A DNA stretch of 63,816 bases, the filler included, from Dicyema japonicum (Eukaryota; Animalia; Dicyemida): NCBI GenBank assembly GCA_011109175.1. It is 5 parts of 5 records of this genome, joined end to end, with 100 filler letters (N's around TTAATTAATTAA, not from the genome) between each part and the next. Parts side by side here need not be neighbours in the genome. Positions count along the whole stretch, not along the records: positions 1 to 26,446 come from RDEW01000042.1; 4 more parts are not named here. The stretch is one strand, 5' to 3'. The notes under the pieces are model-generated. The model was not told the origin of the DNA. It did no database searches and worked only from the letters and a program-made list of their open reading frames with translations. The first letter of the stretch is position 1; each line of letters opens with the position of its first letter. The position numbers and the translations under genes are program-made. Positions 13,770-26,125 of the stretch are shown in pieces.

Positions 13770-14100
13770 TTTGCTAACCTTCCCTTCAGCGTTTGATTAT
13801 AGCTTTCAACTTGTAATTGTTATAAAGGGAGTCATAGTCTACCATTAATCTTCATTATATCCCAATCACGAAATAATCTTGAAACTCCAGAGATTTACAA
13901 AACTTTTTTCCATTATCCGAATGAAAGGTTGCAGGTTTGCCAACTGAGTTGTAATGTCTATAAAAAAATTCTAATATTCTGTGATGTTTTACTGATTAGT
14001 CAAAAAAACAGAGCATATGGTGGGAATTGAATATGCATATTCTGAGTAACAATCTATTAAATTAAGTCGAATATCTTCAAAGTCTTTAGACTGAAATGGT
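13770..14100 (-). mobile_element. Decayed retroviral-type (rve) integrase, Ginger-like
   Basis: Minus strand: LIDCYSEYAY..GKPATFHSDNGK..INGR..VESYNQTLKG (D, D, E core) with stops and frameshifts. Confidence 0.7.
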
Positions 14101-14811
14101 TGCAAGAATCACAAGTAGATATCGGAAAAACAATTTGTTTTAAGATGTGCAAATTAATAATACCATGGTATTATCCGCAAATTAATTTGCACATCTTGGA
14201 AACACCAGGATGTCTGATAGAATGTTCCTTAGCTAAAATTGAGCTATTCTAGTTTTTTGAGAGGAGGTACAATAGTTTCCATTAAGTAAAAAAGTAATTC
14301 TCAATTTAATAGTTTTAAATTATGACATTTCTGTAATTTATAATTTTCATTATTTCATACAGTGTATATTGATTGAAGAAAGCCATAGCAAAATGAAACG
14401 TGCAATAATATGATTTAAAAAGAAATGAAAAAATATTAAAATATTATAAAATATTCAAAATATTATTTCAAAAATTGAATTCAACGATTATTTCATTTAA
14501 AGAAGGAGAAAAAGACCGTTCGCTCGACCGAAGCAAAACTTGGATATTGTTGATGATTACAAGTGATGAACTGGTTATATCAACCCGGACAGTATCAAAA
14601 CCCGGACGATAAACGACAATTCTTGAGAATTTTTTATAACGACGTCAGCTCTGGACAGTTCGAATTACTGAGTTGTTCTCATGTGTTTTATTTATTGTAG
14701 CACTTTAATGATCATTAAAATTAGTCCAGGTAAAGTATCAGATCAGGGATGATAAGTCAAACTTATCATTGCAAAACAATGGTTACCGCCCTAATTTCGG
14801 AGGAAAGATGA

Positions 14812-15060
14812 TTTTTTTTAATTTTGTCTAAAAAACATGTTCGACGTTGTATGGACAAAAATGAGAGACCTGAAATCGGTCTCCTATTTTTGAAAAAAAA
14901 AATAATTTTTTAATTTTGTCTAAAAGCATGTTCGACGTTGTATGGACAAAAAATGAGAGACTTGAAATCGGTCTCCTATTTTTGAAAAAAATAATTTTTT
15001 AATTTTGTCTAAATACATGTTCGACGTAGTATGGACAAAAATTGGAGACATTGACATCGG
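14812..15060 (+). repeat. ~90-bp tandem repeat, ~2.7 copies (mirror copy at ~25405-25655)
   Basis: Unit TTTTAATTTTGTCTAAAAAACATGTTCGACGTTGTATGGACAAAAATGAGAGACCTGAAATCGGTCTCC... Confidence 0.9.
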
Positions 15061-15064
15061 TTCC

Positions 15065-16265
15065 TGTCGGGAGCCACAGCTGTTACCGAGCCACAGAGGT
15101 TACCTTGACATTTGAAATCAATGTCAATCATTGTCAAAAAAATAAATGATCAATTATTTCAAAGCAAACATTGATTAATTATTGATAATTATCTTTTTAA
15201 GGTGTTTAAAATGCACCTTCTTCACAATTCCCTCACTATCTTTAACATTGACAAAATTGTGGGACGATTTTGCATCAATAGTGACAGCATCTGCGTAGGG
15301 ATGGTCAAACCTTTGCAGGCGTAGAGAAGGATTAGTTCCATAGACCTTCTGAATAAGAACCTTTTAAGTAATTATAAATTGAATACATTATCTGCAATGT
15401 TAAATTCATATTTTCGATCGATGCACTCCTATTTTTTTATTCATCTTTTTATAATAAGGATAATTCAAGTCTACCTTTACTATATGTTTCGGGGCTGTTT
15501 TTACCGTCTGACTCTGTTTCAGCAATATTATCCACTTTGCAGGTTGTCTAAGGTAGGCATTTGATTGTATAAAAAACAGCCTTTCGAATGTGCCTTTTCC
15601 ACTCTTTCTTGTCACCCGAAACCATCATTTTCGATAAACTCCCTGAGATCGTCTGATAGTAGTGTTTCAACAATCCCTTGACTCTGGAGATTGTTGGGTC
15701 GTCTATGAATTTGAATTATTTTGTACTCTTGACAGAGTTTTTTGATATTGTAATTTTTGAACTCCGTGCATTGACTGAATGCAAGTATTTACAAAGCCTG
15801 TGATCCATTATTTGTCAGCTATTTTTGTTCAGTAGGTTCCAATTGAATGCATATTTTGAATATATGTCTGATAACTAATAAAGTTTAAATTTTTATTCGG
15901 TACCTCTCATTTGTTTCGCAATATTTACATCCTCATCATTAAGGATAGACTCTTAATTATTTTTGACATCAGTGTTGCTACTAGGCATCAGATCAAAGTG
16001 ACGAAATTTTCTAGCTTGCATTATTATTTTATATTCGATGAATAGTTAGCCAGACTAAAATTACAGTAAATTTTTGATAAAATAATTTAATAATTATTAT
16101 ATTTATTATCGTAAAAATAATCTTTATATCGGAATATAATAATTTATAAAAATAGAAAAAAATTTTTAGTATTGATTAAGTTTTAATTAAAGTGACAGCT
16201 ATGACGACAGATCCCAGCTGTCAAAGGTAACGTATGTGGTTCGGTAACTGCTGTGGCTCGTGATA
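15065..16265 (-). mobile_element. Ginger2/TDD-like DNA transposon remnant (left-arm copy)
   Basis: ~45-bp imperfect TIRs beginning TGTCGGGAGCCACAG; mirror of 24197-25399. Confidence 0.7.
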
Positions 16266-16410
16266 TAATATAAATTGATTATAATTATTCTAATATTTAA
16301 CAATTAATTTGTTACTCTGAAATGGTTAACCTTAATCATTTTAAAAAAAGTAATTAAATTAATAAATATTTTTTATTTGTAGAAGGAATTAAAGAATTCA
16401 AATTTTGTGA

Positions 16411-17448
16411 ATGATGGGGATTCGACAAATAAGGTTAACGTCTTTTATTCTTTGGTTGAAGATAAAAAGGTTTAAGATCTTAATAATAACTATCATTTTG
16501 ATATTTTTGATTCACAAAATGACAAAGATGAATGTGTCATTTATTATAAAGAATAAAACGTGTCAATTACTATTGAAAGGAAATCATAAAGTGATTTCAA
16601 AGTTGAAGATGAACCAGACAAACACGTTTGAGTAATATTCGGGTCAGAAACTGTGATGAACACGCAAAATCAAGTGGATATTTTTCATATCCAATCTCTC
16701 AAGAGGAGCAAGCTAATCCACTGGCCTACTTGTTGATTGTTTACAGAAACTCGAGACAAGTCGAACAACTGCTCAGAACAATTTATAGAACAAATAACCA
16801 TTATTGTATCCACGTGGACAAAAAATCCGATTCAGAATTTCTACAGAGTATTAAAAATTTCACAAGCTGTCTCCCAAATGTGATTGTCGTTAATACATAT
16901 GGCGTCAAATGGGGACAATCACTACATTGCTCGCAGATATAAAATGCATGGAATTACTTTACGAAGTTCGACTGATTGGAAATACAAAATAAATCTATCA
17001 AGAGAAGAATTCCCATTGAAATCAAATAAAGAAATTGTAAGAATAACGAAAACTCTCAACGGTCTAATTGGATGGAATCCTAAAATATTACCGTATATTT
17101 TGATTTGGGATTATTTCAGAAGATACAGATATGAAAAAAGGCCGATAAGTCTAGAAATGGAGTTAAACTATACAAGGCAGGTTTACACGGTTTTCTTGTC
17201 GGGATTTGTCGATTTTATATGAAAAATGAAACTTCTTTTGAATTACTTAAATGGTTGGAAGCACAGATATTCCTGATGAAATATTTTATTCAACATTAAA
17301 CTATAATTCCAAAATTTTGAACGTTCCAGGATCATTGTCAGGTACTATATATTAATATTGAGCCAACATCAATCCATTGAAGCTTGAACCACAAATAGGA
17401 AATCGCTACAAACAATGGTTTACAGGGTGCTATGGCTTCTTTGTTCGA
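16411..17448 (+). pseudogene. Core-2/I-branching beta-1,6-GlcNAc-transferase (GT14) pseudogene, frameshifted and 3'-truncated
   Basis: Three consecutive ORFs match the 320-aa ORF at 23091-24053. Homology stops at 17448, where a LINE fragment begins. Confidence 0.9.
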
Positions 17449-17880
17449 CACTATTTTAATAGAATGGTACGCAAGGGAATGAAAATTTGTATTAAAAGAA
17501 GGCTACTGACCTCAAGAAAGAATTCTTCCCCACAGTCGATCCACTCATAAAAAAAATTTCCTAAAAGCCTCTAACACAATCCTGGGAAACAAGATTGAAA
17601 ATTCGTACATTAGAAAGAGATCAGAACAATGCAAAAACTAAACAAGAGAAAGTTTGGAAAAACCTCATGTGCAATCTTAACAAGCAGAACTCTCTTACAA
17701 AAATGTGGAAAACACTTAAAAGCTTTATTAAATCTGACAACCAGGTCACACGTGGATGAATTGGAAACCTAATATTCCTAAACAAACTTATGAAATACTA
17801 TTTTTCTATGAGTTTCATCCCACACAAGAAATTCGAAGGTCCATCCATCCTAGCCCTCAAACCTAAAAGAGCCACCTAGA
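17449..17880 (+). mobile_element. I/Jockey-like LINE linker fragment
   Basis: KVWKNLMCNLNKQNSLTKMWKTLK..PNKLMKYY resembles ORF 50363-50812. Confidence 0.65.
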
Positions 17881-18106
17881 TCCTGACATTAGAGATAAGA
17901 GCAGAGCGCGGAGATGCCATGTGGGCAGAAGGCTCAATTGGACGAAACGCTCTTGAAGTTGTTTCAACAACGTTAAAGAGGCTGGCAAACAGGCAGACGA
18001 GGAAAATTGTTGATTTTAAATATTAACTTTTTATTGTTGGTTAAATAAAGTGGGTTGATTTAAAATTTTATTTTGAAGCCTCGTGTAAGTTTTGCATTCT
18101 GTGTTT

Positions 18107-18790
18107 ATGGCTCGTAAGCTTAGTCTTGAATTAAGATTAAAATTGCTATAGAAATAAGTGAAAATGAACATTTTGCTGAACTAGATGTTATAAAAAAATA
18201 CAAAATTATTAAAGTTTATGAGTAATTTCAGTTTTAGACGCTGTATCTCGGATAAAAAGATTATCTCACTTTTTGTAATACTGGAACTGTTCAAACAGAT
18301 TTTCCCATAAAAAATCAATGCTCTCCTAATACTTATCTCAAAAATTGGCTAAAATTTTTTTTGAGGATTTTACCAACACAAGGAAGGAATTTAGTGCTGT
18401 GTCCGGTCCTCTTTTAAAAAATATTGCTTCTAAAGTAACAAGGATGATGAATTATTCGCCGTTCAAAAAGTCAAATATTTGGTTTAGAAAAATTTAAGAA
18501 AATACATCAGTTGACATTTAAGATAATTATTGGAGAGAATAAACTTTTCCGATGTTTCTTCGCTTGGCATGTTTATTGCCAAGTATGATGAATACATAAA
18601 AAATATGGTCTTCAAAATATTTTAAATTGCGACAAGACTGGATAATGTATTAAAAAGATACCGTCAAAATCATTTGTAACTCCGAGTCAAGACTTTTTCG
18701 GTATTAAAGAAGAAAGGAAAAGGTCACGATTCTTTTATCAATCAGTGCTTTTGGAAAAAAATTGAATCCATTATTATTGGGGAAATTATC
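18107..18790 (+). mobile_element. Decayed pogo/Tigger (CENP-B-like) transposase
   Basis: MARKLSLELRLKIAIEI.., SGPLLK, NIFNCD.TG and KLNPLL remnants; homologous to 52860-54045. Confidence 0.7.
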
Positions 18791-19104
18791 TGTTTAAAAA
18801 AATATATTAGTTATCAATAAAATTAATGGAAAATATGCTTAAATGTTTATAAAAATACTATACATATTAATAAAATTAATGGAAAATATGTTAAAACTGT
18901 TAAAGTTGTTATAAAAATGAAGAAAATGTCGGACTTCCATTTTTGACTGTAGCAATTTCTCCATGTAGCTGTCCTCCTTGATCAATGCATAGGGTCTCCT
19001 GTTTAGCGACCCCTCTGACATTGAAATTGTAAACGGGGTAGATTAGAAAGACTGAAAGTACAATAAAGACAACATTATTAAAGAGGCGTACCACTCACCA
19101 ACTA

Positions 19105-20508
19105 TACCATTTCAGGTTTAAAGTGGGTCTTACCAAAAGCAAAGGGTCTTACCAAAAGCAAAGTGGGTCTTACCAAAAGCAAAGTGGTACTTACCAAAAG
19201 CAAAGTGGTACTTACCAAAATCAAAGTGGTACTTACCAAAAGCAAAGTGGTACTTACCAAAAGCAAAGTGGGTCTTACCAAAATCAAAGTGGTTCTTACA
19301 AAAGCAAAGTGGAACAATAAAATTATTTAATAAGCCATGTCATCATTATTTAACACCGATGGGCCAACTTCTGAATTCTAGCAATTACGGTGTTGCATAG
19401 AGATGGAGTGATTATAATGAGTTAATCATACTTTCTCCTAACTTTTGAAGTCAAAACTCCGTAGTTGACAAAGCTTCTTGTTTCACACCATCCAAAATAT
19501 TTTTCATATCTGTAGCAAAGTGTCTTTTTACATCAGCTTTGAAAACTGACCAAATATTCTCAATTGGGTTGAGCATAGGGTTATAGGGACCCAATCTTAA
19601 AATTTTATTTCCGATAAATTCATTATCTCTGACAATTTTTTCAATTCCTGAATGGCATGGAGCATTGTCTACTACTAAATTGTAAGCTTCCCTGGCTTTT
19701 CGTAGACAAATTCATGGTCGGATTTTTTATTAAAGGATTCACGTTTGAATTCATAATGCAACAATCCAAGGGACCCGATGCAACCAATGAAATGTACATT
19801 TGCACCTCGCGAAATTCAATATTGCCTTTCTCTGGTTCATACCTGATATCTTTCAAAAAATAACAGGCACCGTCCAAGTGGACTTGAATGGCTTCTTTTG
19901 AAACATTTAAGCTGAAATTGGAATTTAAAAGAATTCTCAAGGTCTCAAGAGTAATCCTAGGGTTAATTTCGAGCTTTTCAACACAATAATCTTTATGTTT
20001 ATCTATAAATTTTTTTTGCCTTTGATCCCCCTCACTGATCAGGTTTGTTTTTGTTTTTTCAACCAACGATAAGTAGTAGTTCTCGGAACATCGAGAGATT
20101 TTGCAAGATCCCTCCAGTCACCATCTCCCTCATAAGCCCCGATAATAAGATTTTTCTTAATTGCAACTTCAGACTTTTTTATTTGCGCAGGCATACAAAT
20201 AAAAAATGAAATATTTGCGCAGATATGCAAATATATAGGTTTTTGCTTAGTCACTTTTGTAATTGATCTCGACATTTTTGCATTTTGCTTCGTCACTTTT
20301 GCAATTGCAATTAATCTACATCCTATAACAAAAAAATATTTTTTGTTCCACTTTGATTTTGGTAAGTACCACTTTGCTTTGTAAGTTCCACTTTGCTTTT
20401 GGTAAAATCCACTTTGCTTTTGGTAAGACCCACTTTGCTTTTGGTATCCACTTTGCTTTTGGTTTCCACTTTGCTTTTGGTAAGACCCACTTTAAACCTG
20501 AAATGGTA
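19105..20508 (-). mobile_element. IS630/Tc1-family DNA transposon with both TIRs, TA TSD and a defective transposase
   Basis: TA|TACCATTTCAGGTTTAAAGTGGG..CCCACTTTAAACCTGAAATGGTA|TA. HTH motif LAKSLDVPRTTTYRW. Catalytic segment VVDNAPCH..GPYNPMLNPIENIWS with 35 residues between D and E. Confidence 0.93.
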
Positions 20509-21199
20509 TAGACTGACTCTAAGTGCGAAGATGTAAATAAAGTAAAGGGGACATACATCAAATCAGTAACAAAAGAGAAAATTTTTAAGAGTAGAACCTA
20601 AGCATGAAATAAAGTTGTCCGATTTAGACTTCTCTTCCATTCTATTTGCAACCTTGTTATTTCCAAGGGTTTTATCTGTAACATTAAGCACAACTGAGAC
20701 GTTTCCATAACTATTATTCGAGTTTTTCACCATTTCATAATTATTATTTTAATTTTTCATTAACGAAAAGGTCATAGTAACAGTATAGCAACAGTACAGA
20801 GACCGAACGATGCTGCTATTCTCATATTCATCGTCAGAAAATAACAAATTTCATCACATGTATAAAAACTCAACCAACATTCTTTGAATAACTGCTACTC
20901 GTTTGATACAAGTGTTCTACCATTCACAAAAATTACAAATTAGTTCAATTACAGACATTTAAAGATTAGTTCGGTCATCCTGATCATTAAAGAATATATC
21001 TTTACCTCCACGGTTCCTGATTGCTACAAAAAATAAGAGTAAGGACAGTATCCACTGCTGGCATCACACATTTGGTTTCCAAATAAAAGTGTGACACAAA
21101 GCATCTATTGTCATCAAATATATATCACTTCAACGGTTGATCTCATTTTACGGTATGAAAATCATAGTTACTTTTAACAGATATTCATCGGCTTTCTCC

Positions 21200-21600
21200 A
21201 ATAATTCAATCGTCCAAAACCACCCCCAGATAATCTGGTCTGTTAGACATCTCCACGCTCATACAAGATTACGATTTTCGGAGACTTTATTCATCATTAG
21301 AGATGAGTAATCCAATTTTAGCATGGTTTAGATCAATGTTCTTGTAATAATTTTATCCAGATGCTCCAACTAGCAAGCTGTGTATAAGATTCGCATTTAT
21401 CACGATTGGATTGTGTATACGTAATAGAATCCTTAGTTGTTTTCTTAGAAAAGCATTTAGGTTATCAACACATGTCCGAGTTAGTTCCCACGTTCCCTAG
21501 ATGTAGAGCAGTATGGAAAGGACAAAAGTATTGTATGTTGAATTTATTGATATCCTCGAAAACAAAATCAGGTCATCCGCATATCTTAATTCCTAGATAG
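21200..21600 (-). mobile_element. Decayed LINE RT fragment
   Basis: Minus strand LRYADDLILFS at ~21590-21555. Confidence 0.65.
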
Positions 21601-21854
21601 AAATACGACAATTTTTAGCACTTGGATAACGAAGAATAGCTTCCAAATAAACAACAAGAGAATTGATTATAATGAATAATCTTCTTGAGTGCAAATGTAC
21701 GTTTTAAATTTGCATTGCGCACTGAGACAACACAGACTTTGAATTCTGTCTTTGAAAATAGAACTTGTATGATACTTAAACTGTCCTTGTATAGCAACAT
21801 TTATTGTTTTTCTTCAGAATTCACTGAAAATATTTTTACGCATTTTATAATTAA

Positions 21855-22250
21855 AATTATTCAAAGGTTATTAAACTTTATAACACAATTTTTAAACATT
21901 TTGACAAAGTTATTAAACATTTTGGAAAAGATATTAGAACTTTTGGCAAAGTTATCAAACTTCATGGTAAAGTTATTACACAAATCGGAAAACCCGGTAT
22001 ATTAAGTGAATTTTATTAATTTTTTTTAAATTTACTATTGGTGTTTTTGGGATAATAATACAAGGTTTCCACTTCATATTAGTCATTTTCCAGATCAATT
22101 AAGTCGTTATCCATTTCAATTAAGTGGTTTTGCATTTCAATTAAGCCGTTTCCAATCCAATTAAGTCGCGTTCACAATCAATTAAGTCGTTGTCCACTTC
22201 AAACGAGTCACATTCAAAAGAGTCACTTTCAACTTCTATAAGTCAGTTAT
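21855..22250. repeat. Two degenerate 21-bp minisatellites (~21860-21980 and ~22075-22250)
   Basis: Units AAAGTTATTAAACATTTTGGC-like and TCAATTAAGTCGTTATCCATT-like. Confidence 0.8.
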
Positions 22251-22794
22251 CATTGATCCTCAAGAAGCTTTCTCCTGTCCGGGACCTCCGGTGAACATCT
22301 GAGATTTGTGGAAGGAATGATCTACTAAATGACCTTACCCCTCTGGTAGCTCATTCACAGACTATTCTAGATAGTAAAACAAAAAAACCCTAGCACAATT
22401 ACGCTCAGAACATTTCCACTTAAAAGAAAAATAGGGCTATTAGCTTCCTTCGCCGTACCAGTTATCATAATTCTTTAAGATGTTTCTCCTACCCGTGATT
22501 TCTGTAAAACATCAGAGATCTATGGAAGCGTCCATCATTAGCTGTAGGATACTTGAAAAAATTCGGTCTCATATAAGGTAGGAGGTCGGGGTCACTAAAT
22601 CACTATATCATCAGTTTTACAATTCTTTTAGTTGGAGAAAAATAATTGGAGCAAATAGTTAATAAAAGAAACATGGGAAAATAAAGTCAAGTAACAATCT
22701 TATGCTTAGAAATAATGGCTACTATGTTACAGAAAAATTATTTGAATTACCTCAACAAACTTGAACTGAAATAAAGGTTTTCTTGAATTGTTAG

Positions 22795-24053
22795 TCATAC
22801 ATGGTTCTTAACAAAAATTAGTTTTCTATAATTGTCTAAATAGATGTCGTCAAAGTCATCTACAAAATTCAATGACTTCATTCTAATCCAATTTTCTAAG
22901 CATTCTAGAGTAGACGGATTATAATCTGCATGAAATTTGTTGACGATAATAGCTTTACTATTAACAGCATATTGTAAATCCCGTGCTCCCAAAATACATA
23001 CACTTCGAACAAAGAAGCCATAGCAACCTCTAAACCATCGTTTGTAGCGATTTCTTATTTGTGGTTCAAGCTTCAAGGATTGATGATGGCTCAAATATAA
23101 TATATATTACCTGACAATGATCCTGGAACTTTCAAAATTTTGGAATTATAGTTTAATGTTGGATAAAATGTTTCATCAGGACAATGTGTGTCTTCCAACC
23201 ATTTAAGTAATTCAGAGGAAGTTTCATTTTTCAATATAAAGTCGACAAATCCCCGACAGAAAACACCGTGTAAACCTGCCTTGTATAGTTTAATTCCATT
23301 TCTAAAATTATCGGCCTTGTTTTCATATCTGTATTTTCTAAAATAATCCCAAAGCATAATATACGGTAATATTATAGGAATTTCCATCCAATTAGACCCG
23401 TTGAGAGCTTTTGTTATTCTTACAATTTCCTTATTTGATTTCAATGGGAATTCTTCTCCTGTTAGATTTATTATGTATTTCCAATCAGTCGAACTTTTGT
23501 AGAGTAATTCCATGCATTTTATTTCTGCAAGCAATGTAGTGATTGTCCCCCATTTGACGTCATATGTATTACTTACAATCACATTTGGGAGACAGCTTGT
23601 GAAATTTTTAATACTCTGTAGAAATTCTGAATCGGATTTTCTGTCCACGTGGATACAATAATGGTTATTTGTTCTATAAATTGTTCTGAGCAGTTGTTCA
23701 ACTTGTTTCGAGTGTCTGTAAACAATCAACAAGTATGCCAGTGGATTAGCTTGCTCTTCTTGAGAGATTGGATATGAAAAATATCCACTTGATTTTGCGT
23801 GTTCACCACAGTTTGTGACCCAAATATTACTCAAACGTGTTTTGTCTAATTCATCCTTCAACTTTGAAATCACTTCATGATTTCCTTTCAATAGTAATTG
23901 ACACGTTTTATTCTTGATAATAAATGACACATTCATCTTAGTCAGTTTGTGAATCAAAAATATCAAAATAATAGTTATTAATAAGATCTTAAACCTTTTA
24001 TCTTCAACCAAAGAAATAAAAGACATTAACCTTATTTGTCGAATCCCCATCAT
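22795..24053 (-). CDS. Core-2/I-branching beta-1,6-N-acetylglucosaminyltransferase (GCNT family, GT14) with one micro-intron near 23090-23110
   Basis: Type II membrane anchor. Motifs PLAYLLIVY..LLRTIY..NHYCIHVDRKS, WKYIINLTGEEFPLKSN, PDETFYPTL, VPGS, then GCYGFFVRSVCILGARDL and NKF in the second ORF. Frame continuity across the intron is uncertain (see findings). Confidence 0.88.
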
Positions 24054-24196
24054 TCACAAATTTGATTTCTTTAATTCCTTCTCAAATAAAAAATATTTAT
24101 TAACTTAATTACTTTTTTTAGAATGATTAAAGTTAACCATTTCAGAGTAACAAATTAATTGTTAAATATTAGAATAATTATAATCAATTTATATTA

Positions 24197-25399
24197 TATC
24201 GCGAGCCACAGCAGTAACCGAACCACATACGTTACCTTTGACAGCTGGCATCTGTCGTCATAGCTGTCATTTTAATTAAAACTTAATCAATACTAAAAAT
24301 TTTTTCTATTTTTATAAATTATTATATTCCGATATAAAGATTATTTTACGATAATAATAATTATTATTATTAAATTATTTTATTAAAAATTTACTGTAAT
24401 TTTAGTCTGGCTAACTATTCATTGAATATAAAATAATAATGCACGCTAGAAAATTTCGTCACTTTGACCTGATGCCTAGTAGCCACACTGATGTCAAAGA
24501 TAATGAAGACTCTATCCTTAATGATGAGGATGTAAATATTGCGAAACAAATGAGGCACCGAATAAAAAATTTAAACTTTATTAGTTATTAGACATATATT
24601 CAAAATATGCATTCAATTGGAACCTACTGAACAAAAATGGATGACAAATAATGGATCACAGGCTTTGTAAATACTTGCAATCAGACAATGGCACGCAGTT
24701 CAAAAATTACAATATCAAAAAACTTTGTCAAGAGTACAAAATAATTCAAATTCATAGAAGACCAAACAATCTCTAGATTCAAGGTATTGTTGAAACACTG
24801 GTATCAGACGATCTCAGAGAGTTTATCAAAAATGATGGTTTCGGATGACAAGAAAAAGTGGAAAAGGCACATTCGACAGGCTGTGTTTTTTATACAATCA
24901 AATGCGTACCTTAGACAACCTGCAAAGTGTGGATAATATTGCTGAATTAACAGAACCAGACAATAAAAACAGCCCCGAAACATATAGTAAAGGTAGACTT
25001 GAATTCTCATTATAAAAAGATGAATAAAAAAATAGGAGTGCATCGATCGAAATATGAATTTAACATTGCAGATAATGTATTCAATTTATAATTACTCAAA
25101 AGGTTGTTATTCAGAAGGTCTATGGAACTAATCCTTCTCTACGCCTGCAAAGGTTTGACCATCCCTACGCAGATGCTGTCACTATTGATGCAAAATTGTC
25201 CCACAATTTTGTCAATGTTAAAGATAGTGAGGGAATTGTGAAGAAGGTGCATTTTAAACGCCTTAAAAAGATAATTATCAATAATTAGTCAATGTTTGCT
25301 TTGAAATAATTGATCATTTATTTTTTTGACAATGATTGACATTGATTTCAACTGTCAAAGGTAACCTCTGTGGCTCGGTAACAGCTGTGGCTCCCGACA
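24197..25399 (+). mobile_element. Ginger2/TDD-like DNA transposon remnant (right-arm copy)
   Basis: TIRs TATCGCGAGCCACAGCAGTAACCG.. and ..GGTAACAGCTGTGGCTCCCGACA. Internal integrase remnant LQSDNGTQFKNYNIKKLCQEYKIIQIHRRPNNL*IQGIVE. Confidence 0.75.
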
Positions 25400-25769
25400 G
25401 GAACCGATGTCAATGTCTCCAATTTTTGTCCATACTACGTCGAACATGTATTTAGACAAAATTAAAAAATTATTTTTTTTTCAAAAATAGGAGACCGATT
25501 TCAGGTCTCTCATTTTTTGTCCATACTACGTCGAACATGTATTTAGACAAAATTAAAAAATTATTTTTTTTTTCACAAATAGGAGACCGATTTCAGGTTT
25601 CTCATTTTTGTCCATACAACGTCGAACATGTTTTTAGACAAAATTAAAAAAATCATCTTTCCTACGAAGTTAGGGCGGCAACCATTTGTTTTGCAATGAT
25701 AAGTTTGACTTATCATCCCTGATCTGATACTTTACCTGGACTAATTTTAATGATCATTAAAGTGCTACA

Positions 25770-26125
25770 ATAAATAAAACACATGAGAACAACTCAGTAA
25801 TTCGAACTGTCCAGAGCTGATTATTAAACTTAAAATAAGTAATCGTTCCTAAATTATAAACATTTTATCTATAAAGATCGAAAATTTTTGTATTTATAGT
25901 ATTAATAAATCAAAGAGTTACAAAAAAGAAATATAATACTTAAAAAAACTTAATAAAACTGATGTTTCTTCATATGAATTTATTGATAAAGAAGACGGAA
26001 TGATTTAAACATTAAATTGTAATTTTTTTTATAAAATTAAATGACTAAATTCTAAAAATGAAAAAAAGTTTACTGCTGACGTCGTTATAAAAAAATCCTC
26101 AAGAATTGTCGTTTATCGTCCGGGT
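25770..26125 (+). pseudogene. Decayed HP1-like paralogue (a more deleted mirror copy lies at ~14605-14700, minus strand)
   Basis: AAAACACATGAGAACAACTCAGTAATTCGAACTGT aligns to HP1 exon 2. AATAAAACTGATGTTTCTTCA..GATAAAGAAGACGGAATG..ATTAAATTGTAATTTTT aligns to exon 3 and intron 3. In-frame stops are present. Confidence 0.8.

Larger units (their letters stand above)
14280..17448 (+). repeat. Left arm of large inverted duplication
   Basis: Colinear reverse complement of 23005-26446 along its whole length. Confidence 0.95.

Noticed and set aside
19118-19317. Regular 21-bp repeats as a CRISPR array or repeat protein (QKQSGTY ORFs)
   Set aside because: There are no unique spacers and no cas genes. 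The arrays are the inverted termini of a Tc1-like transposon, and the ORFs arise from the 21-bp period.
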